Virus record (IMG/VR): IMGVR_UViG_3300046807_000058
Location: 1-38,106 of that record
Strand: one strand, 5' to 3'
Length of the DNA: 38,106 nt
Source: a virus
Lineage: Duplodnaviria > Caudoviricetes
Under the pieces are notes generated by a model, which worked only from the letters and a program-made list of their open reading frames with translations, was not told the DNA's origin and did not search any database. A program made the position numbers and the translations under genes. Shown one piece after another: positions 18,201-26,423 of the stretch. The stretch's first letter is position 1. Each line of letters starts with the position of its first letter.

Positions 18201-21200
18201 ATATCTTTGATCTTTATCATCAAGAGAATTTTTAAAGTCAACTAATTCTTTAGAATTAAAATCCCAATTATTTTCTTTTAATAAGAATAACATTGAATTA
18301 GTTACCGCTGATTTAGAAAATTTAACATTACCTCTTTCAACTTGATTAGCAAAAGCGGTAGTCAATACGTCATCAATTTCTACACCTAATCTTTCTTGGT
18401 TTGTTATAAATGCATCGAATATAGGGCCTTGGTTTTCAAAATCATCTAATACAATATCAAAAGAAGCCTCTTCTGCAATTGCTTTAGCTAATGATTCTTT
18501 TCTACCTCTTATAGGATTGCCAGATGGTTCTAGGACATTACTTAAAAAGTCTTCATTAGAAACATTGTTTGCAACATTAGGTAATCTTCTAACAAGCTCA
18601 GCTCCTGAAGTTCTACCTGCATTATCAGTTGAAACAGATTCTCTATCTATTTTCTTACCAACCCAATCAGGATAATTAGTCCACTTACCGTCAATTTGTT
18701 TTTGAATAGCTTGCGGTATACCTCCTTTGCCATCTAATCCCATTAACCATGTTGTGGTCATGTTTTCAAGAATATATTTCTTATTCTTTAATAACCAATT
18801 TTTAAGTTGATTATCTTTTTTACCACCCATTGCGGTTTTAACGTCAATATCAACTTGCTTGCCAATTTCATCTCTAATTTCAGCAATTAATGGCGTAACA
18901 GTTCTATTTATAGATACAGGTGCGTCAATTTTAGATTTCAACGTTCTAACAACGCTTAATATCTTTTTATTAATTGTTTCAAGAGCTTCTTTGCTAAAAA
19001 CTTTTGATTCTAATGCGTTTGCATACTTTGGTTTTTCTTTTACCTCAGAAACAGTTTCTTCAGCCATTAAAGCTTTTTCTTCTGTAACATCTTTACTAAA
19101 TTCTTTACCAAGTAATCTTTTTGAAGTAGCAATTGCTCGTACTGGTAAATACTTATTAATATAAGCAGCCAATGGAACTCCAGATTCAGGATTGTATTTT
19201 GTTATTAAATCTAAAATACCACCTACACCTGTTTCAATCTCATCTGTTAATAGTTCTCTATCAAAATCAGGGGCGTCTCTACGTTTATCTACTATTTTTT
19301 TAGTAATAGGTTTAAATAGATCTATAATATCCTGAGCTCCTTCTTTACCCTTTGTATCATATATTTTTTGAACTTTATCAGAAGCAACAGAAGATTTGTT
19401 TTCTTTTATTATTTCTTTTACTTCATCTTCCTCAGTTAAAATTTCTTTTTTAACTACAGGTTGCTCTGTTTTTAATTCAGATTCTTTTTTAAGAGCTGTT
19501 TTTATTTTATTTTCGATGCTTTGTTTTTTAGGCAAGTATTCCTCCTCAGGCATGTCCCCATAACCCTCGTCATATTCTTCTTCTAAATCCGCAAGCTCTT
19601 GTTTAAATATTTCTGATTGTGTCTTAGACATTTTAGTAACACCAGATATATTTTCTCCCGCTTTTAATAAAGACTCGGCTCTTCCAGAAACTTTACCTTT
19701 ATTTACAGTTTTAGCATACTCTTTAACAAAATTATAAATATCTCTACCATCTTCAAATTCAATGTTTTTAAATCCTTGTTTTACAAATATAGGTTTTAAA
19801 ACATTTTTCCATAATCCAACTAAAGTTTCCTTTACATTATCAGACCATTTTATATCGCCGTTTCTTAATAACTCAAAATATTGTGTTATATATTCATCAG
19901 GTGCATTCTCTAGTTCTTTAGCGGTATAAGCAAGCATTCTTTCATCAAGCTTTGCTCTTTCTGCTTTACTTAATACATTTAAAAAACTATCTTTTAATTC
20001 TACTTTTTTTACCGGATCTGAAAATTCAGATTTAAGAATATTATGTAACAATTCATGAGAAGCTACATTCAACGCTTTTACTTCAGCAGCTCTTTGTTTA
20101 TTTATAAGTATTTGACCATTAGGCAAAACAAATCCATCAGTTTTAGTTATATCTTCCGATGCTTTATTATTTTCTGCCGCCCATTTATCATAAGCTGATT
20201 GAGCATCCTCAGCTGTTTCAAATACTTCAAATGATTTTCCTTCCCCTAAAGGATTTTTATAAGATTTTGCTCCTTCTTTATCAACAACACTAGTTAATGC
20301 ACTCACTTCTTCTTCGATTTTTTGTTTAGAAGCTTTAGTGGTTATTTCAGAAATTTTAGCATTTATAGCTTTAACTTCTTCATTTTGGAATGATGTTAAT
20401 GTTGGATCATCTACTGCTTTTATAGTTGAGTTTAATTTATCTCTTTGCTTTAATAAATTAATAACTTCAATATTATCAACTTCGGACATATTAAGGCTTT
20501 TTACCTTATTAGCAGCATGATATGTAAATGCAAATTCTTTTTTAATGTCTTCCCCTTGTTCTGGAGTAATCTTATCTGAATTAATATCAAAATCAATTTG
20601 ATCATTCAGTATTTTATATGAATTTGGTATTGTTGCAATATTAATTTGCTCTTTTGTAACGGGAGTTATTGGATTAAAAACCTCAGGTAAATTATTTACA
20701 TTTGTATTTTTTAATTCCTTATTAACTTTATAGGTCGTTAAACCTTTTTTGAATCCTTGTATACCTTTTTGCAAATTTACAGGAGATCCCCATACGCTAC
20801 CTCCACCAACACCGGCTATGAAAGAATCTGTTACATTTTCAAATGCAGGCTTTTTGGATATTAAATTTTGAGTTATAGTTGTAGCAACCTCTTCTAATCC
20901 TTCACCAACCATTGCAGTTGGAGCGCCGTATTTTTTTAGCGCAGTTTCATAAGCAGAAACAAGCCCGTCTTTGAATATTTTAGACCCAACCTCAGTCCCT
21001 TCTTTCTTTACAATATCCTTATAAACTTTACCAAGACTACCTTCCCCAATTGCTGAAAATACACTTTCCGCTGCTGCCATTCCAAAACCGGTAACAACAT
21101 TTTCTATTTCAGATTGATTAGGATTTTCTTCCGCAATCTTTCTTGATTCTGGACCAGCCATTAAACCAGTAGATGCAGCTGCTAATTTACCAAGACCCAT

Positions 21201-22253
21201 ATTTGCACCGCCAATCATCATAGCAATGCTCACAGGCGCACTCTCAGCAATTCCAGTGCCTAATAATTTAAAAGCATCACTCCAATTACCATTAGATATA
21301 TTTTCAGAAATGCTAGCAGAGTCATAGTTAGCACTGTCATATATATTATTATTTTTTTGTATTTTCTTTTGCTCCTCAACAAAATGATCCATTAATGGAT
21401 TTGAAGTTCCTGTTAATTTTTTTAATTTTTCAGGCGTGGCTTCTAAATCTTTGTTGTCTGTTATAGAAGCTATTATATTTTGAGGTAATGCAAATACACG
21501 ATAAACTGTTTCTGGAATAGAAGCAAAAGATTCTCCAACATAATTTGCGCCGCCGGCAATACCATTTATAAATCTATCTACATAAGATGCTTGCTCAATA
21601 CCTTTCTTTTTTTCAGCAGCCTTAGACAATATTTCTTGTGATTTTAATTCTATATCTTTTGGAGATAAAGAATATGATTCACCTATTTTTATATTACTTT
21701 GTAGTAAGTCCGCCGCTTTATTATCTAACGATAATTTCTGTTCCGGTGTTAATTTAGAATAATTAAAATTATCAAAAGTATCAAACACTTCATTTGCTAC
21801 TTTTTCTTCTGCTTTTTTCTTTTTAACTCCAGTTGCTTCAATATTTTTTTCGCCTTTTGTATAAAATCCTTCCGTTTTATCGGTAGCCATGTCTTTAGCA
21901 AATTTCTTTGCATTAAATTTGACTTCTTTTTTTGGTTGAATTTTAGCTGCTTCAAGACTATTTTTTGTAATATTTAAAGGATCAAATATATTTACTTTAC
22001 CAAAAGGATTATCTTGTGATACCGATGAAGATTTTACCGATTTGGATGCCGTATTTTTTGGTCCCGCTACAGTTGCATCCTTTACCGCAACGGGTTTTTT
22101 CTTTCCCGGTCCTTCTGCAGGTGTTTCTTTGCTATTTTTAGACAGTCCATTTTTTTCAATGATGTCTTCAAATGTAGTATCATTTTCTTCAGCCGCTTGA
22201 TTTACTTCGTCTATTGTATATAAATGTCCGTCTTTGCTAATATAATCTGCCAT
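15219..22253 (-). CDS. giant internal virion/ejection polyvalent protein (zincin HExxH, sigma-70 region 2-like, PD-(D/E)XK modules)
   Basis: 2344 aa, last gene of the virion operon; Gly/Ala-rich hydrophobic segment with EGLEE; HELLH; YNPESGVPLAAYI; PDL..VELK. Confidence 0.75.
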   Translation of the reverse strand: MADYISKDGHLYTIDEVNQAAEENDTTFEDIIEKNGLSKNSKETPAEGPGKKKPVAVKDATVAGPKNTASKSVKSSSVSQDNPFGKVNIFDPLNITKNSLEAAKIQPKKEVKFNAKKFAKDMATDKTEGFYTKGEKNIEATGVKKKKAEEKVANEVFDTFDNFNYSKLTPEQKLSLDNKAADLLQSNIKIGESYSLSPKDIELKSQEILSKAAEKKKGIEQASYVDRFINGIAGGANYVGESFASIPETVYRVFALPQNIIASITDNKDLEATPEKLKKLTGTSNPLMDHFVEEQKKIQKNNNIYDSANYDSASISENISNGNWSDAFKLLGTGIAESAPVSIAMMIGGANMGLGKLAAASTGLMAGPESRKIAEENPNQSEIENVVTGFGMAAAESVFSAIGEGSLGKVYKDIVKKEGTEVGSKIFKDGLVSAYETALKKYGAPTAMVGEGLEEVATTITQNLISKKPAFENVTDSFIAGVGGGSVWGSPVNLQKGIQGFKKGLTTYKVNKELKNTNVNNLPEVFNPITPVTKEQINIATIPNSYKILNDQIDFDINSDKITPEQGEDIKKEFAFTYHAANKVKSLNMSEVDNIEVINLLKQRDKLNSTIKAVDDPTLTSFQNEEVKAINAKISEITTKASKQKIEEEVSALTSVVDKEGAKSYKNPLGEGKSFEVFETAEDAQSAYDKWAAENNKASEDITKTDGFVLPNGQILINKQRAAEVKALNVASHELLHNILKSEFSDPVKKVELKDSFLNVLSKAERAKLDERMLAYTAKELENAPDEYITQYFELLRNGDIKWSDNVKETLVGLWKNVLKPIFVKQGFKNIEFEDGRDIYNFVKEYAKTVNKGKVSGRAESLLKAGENISGVTKMSKTQSEIFKQELADLEEEYDEGYGDMPEEEYLPKKQSIENKIKTALKKESELKTEQPVVKKEILTEEDEVKEIIKENKSSVASDKVQKIYDTKGKEGAQDIIDLFKPITKKIVDKRRDAPDFDRELLTDEIETGVGGILDLITKYNPESGVPLAAYINKYLPVRAIATSKRLLGKEFSKDVTEEKALMAEETVSEVKEKPKYANALESKVFSKEALETINKKILSVVRTLKSKIDAPVSINRTVTPLIAEIRDEIGKQVDIDVKTAMGGKKDNQLKNWLLKNKKYILENMTTTWLMGLDGKGGIPQAIQKQIDGKWTNYPDWVGKKIDRESVSTDNAGRTSGAELVRRLPNVANNVSNEDFLSNVLEPSGNPIRGRKESLAKAIAEEASFDIVLDDFENQGPIFDAFITNQERLGVEIDDVLTTAFANQVERGNVKFSKSAVTNSMLFLLKENNWDFNSKELVDFKNSLDDKDQRYYTDFRKKWIRRVSNLLDEYKRIWESNAGVKFEAEAFNKLRKFSKNNPDFILNEAAPDKFNSRNPDLVYRVGKDGRNVIVELKADKTAPHGSTSNSNLLGDEIIFTKGFDGDTEMKSKMKDNESRQKALEYLKSNNLSKDGNSLIVSNEVWNNVKGEKTGPSMVITPKTLAQINVGKDIIHIQGNGSFTYEGSNTGELAKVPLINGNMYVYSRITSVASGKNRRIIERLFFQLGNNWDQKSDYNLIDNPEEFVNDSIKFSKTISPKFNKIIEENKGVEDYKSFSDIVARRRGIGKNKFDFYVPASAADFELLLYNFIGKGAKGEEQKKFFADTLLKPYANGNDLMDAARQSIKKEYKQLLNEFPDVAKKIEKRTPDGDFTYDQAIRVAMWNEEGVDIPGLSQRDSNKLTTLVNSDPELKAFKDSLIVTGRQGRGWIKPEQYWDANTIITDLHNLTEGEGRKKFLSEFIANAEEMFGKFENGKLVGPNINKVEAVYGTDVREALEDVLYRMITGKNKSFGKDKETSAWANWVSGSTGAIMFLNVRSAALQLIGAVNFLNLRDNNPYAAAKAFANQKQYWEDFATIWNSDKMKERRGGLKEDVAAAEIANAAEGSKNKVGAILSYLLKIGYTPTQMADSFAIASGGAPFYRNRIKSYLKEGMTEQEAEEAAWDDFTKVSDETQQSGDPRDISKQQASPAGRLLLTFQNTAMQQSRIVKKAVLDLKNGRGDAKTNFAKIAYYVAIQNTMFAVLQQGLFAVAFGDDDEDKEKSDKEKKLDDKLFDVADGVIDTILRGTGFVGGIVATVKNMAKKYLDERDKKFKADYAKVVLEAANLSPPIGSKLRKLYSGLQQTKFDKDLIEARGWDVTQDGRVNLSPSYGVAGKVVEATTNVPMDRLVTKINNASEALNSQNTAMQRIMVGLGWSPYSAGIEDSAGDKKIREEAKAKRKIEGVEKAKETRERTKDSIRSLPLAERIKLKRQAVADRREKRRRRKMG

Positions 22254-22265
22254 AAATATTTAATT

Positions 22266-23708
22266 TTATTTTCCTTTTAACTTAGGTTTTTCTTCTTTTT
22301 TATATCCAATAAACGTCGCTAATTCCGTAGGTTGTGTTATACCTTCAGTTCCAAACATTTGATCACCTTGGCGGTTAAAAATACCCCAACGGCCATCCAT
22401 TTTATCTAATCTCCATCCCCCAGGGCCCAACACTCTACCTTTACCAGCTTTAGCCACTTTTTCAACTTCTCTTTGGAATTCAAGTTGAGATTTTTCACGA
22501 GCACCTAATTTAGGAGCAGATGTGCCATTGCCTTTTGTTGAGCTTGCGGTTTTTTCAGCTTTAATTCTTTGCGGTTCTCCAGAAATCCAAATATCTTGAC
22601 CATCATTTGTTTTTCTAAATTTCTTAGTCATATTACCAACAGCTTTTTCTGTCAAAAGTTTAGCTAATGCTGCTTGTTGAACTTCAGGAGCCTGATCTCT
22701 AGGAAATACTTTTTCGTAATAACCTTCACCCATCCCTAATGACCAGTTAACTAATGACCACATATCTGTAGGCTTGTTTGCCTTTAAATAACCAGCAGCC
22801 TTAATATCTGCTTTCTTATATATCTCACCTCTAACAGCTTCTAAATCTAATTTTCTAGCTTTAGCTAATCTATATCCGTCTCCTAAATTAACATCTTGTT
22901 CACTGCCATCTATAAAATTATCATATATTTTACCGGATTTGGAGTCAAGAACGGTTTTAGTGGCATCGTCAAAAAATTCATTTGTATTTTCTACTTTATA
23001 AAGTAAACCACCATTACCATTATCATCGGAATTTAAATAATCCGATGCATTGATAGAAGTTTTAAATTCAGTATCTTCACCTTTTCTTTTGCCAAAGAAT
23101 TCAACATCAAATGTATCACCTTTGTCAATCAATTTAACGCCGTGTGATTCAAAGTTGCCTGTTCTTTTGCACATAATATCTAAAGCAGAAGTTCTATCTC
23201 TACGTTTAGTCTCATCACCTGTAACGGCCCATCCGCCCGGAACATTCATTGCAATTGCGCTAGTGTCTCCGTAAGTAGCTGCTTCCATTCCAAATCCTTT
23301 TCCAGCCTTAGCGGCAACATCCATAAACTTATTTGCATTAGTTATATGTTTTAGATATTCCTCTCTTTTAGCAGGATCAGTTTCCATTGTCAATGCAATT
23401 TTAGCGTCCGCTGCCATTTTTATTTTGCCCTGCAGCATAGATCTAATTTGAGAACTAATATCACTATTATCTGAAGGATTTTTAATTTCCCAATCAGATA
23501 GTTTTTCGCTATAGTAAAGATCTGTTTTATTTTTTTCTTCTTGTATTTTTTGAATACTAAGTTTTCTTTGTTTTTCTTCTTCTCTTCTGTCTTCGCCTCT
23601 TTTAATCAATGCTTTAGATACAGAATCTGCCGCATCCATAATACCAGCTGTGATTTTGTCAGCGCCGGGATTAAGATTTATTATAGGTGGATTTTCGTAA
23701 TACCCCAT
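22266..23708 (-). CDS. putative internal virion (ejection) protein
   Basis: 480 aa between the small and giant ejection-type proteins; podovirus gene order. Confidence 0.55.
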   Translation of the reverse strand: MGYYENPPIINLNPGADKITAGIMDAADSVSKALIKRGEDRREEEKQRKLSIQKIQEEKNKTDLYYSEKLSDWEIKNPSDNSDISSQIRSMLQGKIKMAADAKIALTMETDPAKREEYLKHITNANKFMDVAAKAGKGFGMEAATYGDTSAIAMNVPGGWAVTGDETKRRDRTSALDIMCKRTGNFESHGVKLIDKGDTFDVEFFGKRKGEDTEFKTSINASDYLNSDDNGNGGLLYKVENTNEFFDDATKTVLDSKSGKIYDNFIDGSEQDVNLGDGYRLAKARKLDLEAVRGEIYKKADIKAAGYLKANKPTDMWSLVNWSLGMGEGYYEKVFPRDQAPEVQQAALAKLLTEKAVGNMTKKFRKTNDGQDIWISGEPQRIKAEKTASSTKGNGTSAPKLGAREKSQLEFQREVEKVAKAGKGRVLGPGGWRLDKMDGRWGIFNRQGDQMFGTEGITQPTELATFIGYKKEEKPKLKGK

Positions 23709-23732
23709 TATTTATATTTTTTATATAGTTTA

Positions 23733-24476
23733 TTATTTACCGCCCGCTAATAATCCAGCACCAATACTACCAACTGCACTTGCTGCAGCTCCATAAGCAG
23801 CATTTTGTGATTGTTTTGCAGAAGCTGCATTAGCTTGTGATTGCGCTTGTTGACCAGACAATCTATTTAGTTTAGATATATCTCTAGATTCTTGCTCACC
23901 ATATTTGAATTTGGTTCCTTCAATTTCAGCTTGCTGTAATCTCTGAGCCTCACTCATTTGTAAATTTTGTAGCCTTTGCTCTTCAGCCATTTTCAATTGT
24001 TGCATTTGAGCTTGTCCGTCTGCTTTTAATTTTTCATTATCAGCCTCTTGTTTCTCAATACTAGCAGAAACTCCTTTTTTGCTTTGTAATGCTGCTTGTG
24101 CCAAAGCAGTCGCGCCACCAGCGCCTGATCCAGTTGCTCTTAATGTATCTAAAGTATTAGCTAATGATATATCCGCTTCTTCTATTTGCATCTCAGCAGC
24201 TTTAGTAGATACTCCAATATTTGCATAAGGATTACTAATCATTCCGCTAAGGTTTTTAGCCATAACACTTACATCCTTAACATTTTCATAAGGATTTGGA
24301 ATAGCTTGTCTATTCTTTTCTAGTTCAGAAATCTCCCATTGCTTACGCTCAGCTTCATTTCTAAAACCTTTAGCTGCTTGTTTAGATTGATTTGCTGAAA
24401 TTAGACTACCTCCAACAGACGCTGCCGCAGAAGCCCCCGCTACTATTAATGCTGTTGATGCTGATATTACTGCCAT
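23733..24476 (-). CDS. putative small ejection/DNA-pilot protein
   Basis: Ala/Gly-rich hydrophobic N- and C-termini with Gln/Ala coiled-coil centre (T7 gp14/P22 gp7-like architecture). Confidence 0.6.
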   Translation of the reverse strand: MAVISASTALIVAGASAAASVGGSLISANQSKQAAKGFRNEAERKQWEISELEKNRQAIPNPYENVKDVSVMAKNLSGMISNPYANIGVSTKAAEMQIEEADISLANTLDTLRATGSGAGGATALAQAALQSKKGVSASIEKQEADNEKLKADGQAQMQQLKMAEEQRLQNLQMSEAQRLQQAEIEGTKFKYGEQESRDISKLNRLSGQQAQSQANAASAKQSQNAAYGAAASAVGSIGAGLLAGGK

Positions 24477-24477
24477 A

Positions 24478-24885
24478 TTATGCTATTTTTTTTGATATTT
24501 CATACGATGGATTATCATCCACAGTATACCCTAATTCTTTATGTATGTTTAATAATCCTTTGTTTCTACCCACGCTTAATACTATTTTATATCCAGCGCT
24601 TATAGCTACATCTTCTAATCCTTGAACAATCATTTTTAAACATTCTGATCTATCGTCTTCTCTATAATTAGGATCCGATATAATCCATTCTGTCCAAGCA
24701 ACCTTAGCATTCGTAAGGTACAAAAACCCTGAAGCTATAGGTTTGCTATCTTTTTCAACAATCAGCCCTCCTAAGCCGTCTAAAGGCATTAGATCTTTAC
24801 TCATTTCCGGCCAGCCCCATGCTTTCCACCAACTTTGTAAAGTTTCCCAATCTGATTCTTTTAATGATCTTAATTTTAATTCCAT
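24478..24885 (-). CDS. GNAT-fold protein in the virion operon
   Basis: LRSLKESD, IVEKDSKPIASGFL, EWIISDPNYR, HKELGY; position equivalent to T7 gp13. Confidence 0.7.
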   Translation of the reverse strand: MELKLRSLKESDWETLQSWWKAWGWPEMSKDLMPLDGLGGLIVEKDSKPIASGFLYLTNAKVAWTEWIISDPNYREDDRSECLKMIVQGLEDVAISAGYKIVLSVGRNKGLLNIHKELGYTVDDNPSYEISKKIA

Positions 24886-24906
24886 TTAATTTGATTTTAT
24901 TTAATT

Positions 24907-26376
24907 TTAGAATACTGAGTAATCAAAGTTACAAGATGCAGCAAATAATTCTTTAGCGCCACCAACATCTGTCGCATTGTCTAAAGACATATCAACAACA
25001 GCAAAATAACCTTTAATTCCTGATATTTCATTTCCAAAAGAAATTTCTTCTGGATTTGGCTCACTCTTATTCATAAGTACAGCCATATATTTATTTTCTT
25101 TTCTATCGAATCCAGCTCTATTTATTGGAGGATACAATGTACTTGGATACGAATTACCGTAATCATCATAAGCTCCCGTCATATAACTAAATACTGCAGG
25201 TGTAGTTAATACACCAACGACGTCTTGAGTGCTTATATAACCAGAGTTCAAATAATCAGGTCCGGTTAAATCCGATCTAAACGAATCAACTTGCCATCCA
25301 TTTGCTCCTTCGTAATTTATTGTTTTAAATACTTTAACATTACTAGGCGCTTCGTTAAAAACAAATCTTATAGTAGAATTATATTGAACTCCGTAGAAAT
25401 TACCTCTTGTATTAGCGGCTTCATTATAGTGAACCCAAAGTCTACCTTTATTTAAAGTATAAAATTTACTTTTTAAACTTAATATTTGTGAAGGTATAAA
25501 AGAATAAAAACTAGTAAAGCCATTAGCATCATCACTGAATCCTAATGTTTTATCTTGTTTGTATTGATCCGGTGTAGCGGCTGATGATTGTGTAGATAAT
25601 ACATATTGTTTGTTATGTGTATCCCATCCTCCAATTACTTTCCCAGGACCATAAGTTGCGGTATCTATATTACTAAATTCATCTCTAAAGTAATCAGTCA
25701 TACCGTATTGTGATATTTCTGTTATACCGTCTTGAGATAATCTAAGAACCGCATTTCTATTTCTATCAGTAAAGTATTTTCTATACCCATAGACAGCAAA
25801 ACTACCAGGGTCTTGACTAATGCCATAAGTACCAGCGTAAGCTTGTGTTTGTCCAATTACAACATTAGATGATGTAACTGTACCCGCTCCTTCCGCTGAA
25901 TATATTGCATCTTTATCTATCAATGCTCTGCTTACTTTATTCTCTTGAAATATAATTAAGTTAGTATCTTCAGCATATAATTTTTGAATTGAACCATTTG
26001 CTGGATCTAGTCCTTTAGTTATCTCTTCTCCAGAAGAAAATTGATTTGTATTATTAACACCTGTTCTTGAATTGAATAATCCAGAATATATTAAAGCACT
26101 TGATCTAATAGCCGCGGTGTTTGTTGCGTCTACTATATATGCTTTAACACCAAAATCAACCGTTAGATTATTATACCCTCCTCTTATTCTAGCTTCTTCA
26201 ATAAACCATTCTTTTGTAGTACTCGGAACAACAGTAGATATTGGATAACCAGTATTGTCACCATCTATAGTAGTAGGTATACCGAAAGATCCACCCCAAA
26301 CAGGGGTGTTTCCTCCAGCGAATACTTTCTTTAATATGAATGTGTTAAAATATTTTACTTCTACAACTGCTGCCAT
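24907..26376 (-). CDS. tail nozzle/stabilisation protein, C-terminal-type part
   Basis: beta-propeller-like repeats: GSIQKL, LIIFQENKVS, YGISQDPGSFAVYG, YFTDRNRNAVLRLSQDGITEIS.YGM. Confidence 0.65.
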   Translation of the reverse strand: MAAVVEVKYFNTFILKKVFAGGNTPVWGGSFGIPTTIDGDNTGYPISTVVPSTTKEWFIEEARIRGGYNNLTVDFGVKAYIVDATNTAAIRSSALIYSGLFNSRTGVNNTNQFSSGEEITKGLDPANGSIQKLYAEDTNLIIFQENKVSRALIDKDAIYSAEGAGTVTSSNVVIGQTQAYAGTYGISQDPGSFAVYGYRKYFTDRNRNAVLRLSQDGITEISQYGMTDYFRDEFSNIDTATYGPGKVIGGWDTHNKQYVLSTQSSAATPDQYKQDKTLGFSDDANGFTSFYSFIPSQILSLKSKFYTLNKGRLWVHYNEAANTRGNFYGVQYNSTIRFVFNEAPSNVKVFKTINYEGANGWQVDSFRSDLTGPDYLNSGYISTQDVVGVLTTPAVFSYMTGAYDDYGNSYPSTLYPPINRAGFDRKENKYMAVLMNKSEPNPEEISFGNEISGIKGYFAVVDMSLDNATDVGGAKELFAASCNFDYSVF

Positions 26377-26423
26377 ATAATTATTATTACTTATTTATAA
26401 GCATGTTTACCATACCTTTTTTA

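Noticed and set aside
20575-20605. QIDFDINSD in the giant protein resembling the DFDID catalytic motif of crAss-like virion RNA polymerases
   Set aside because: Third Asp is Asn, the usual preceding Gly context is missing, and the surroundings look helical rather than double-psi barrel
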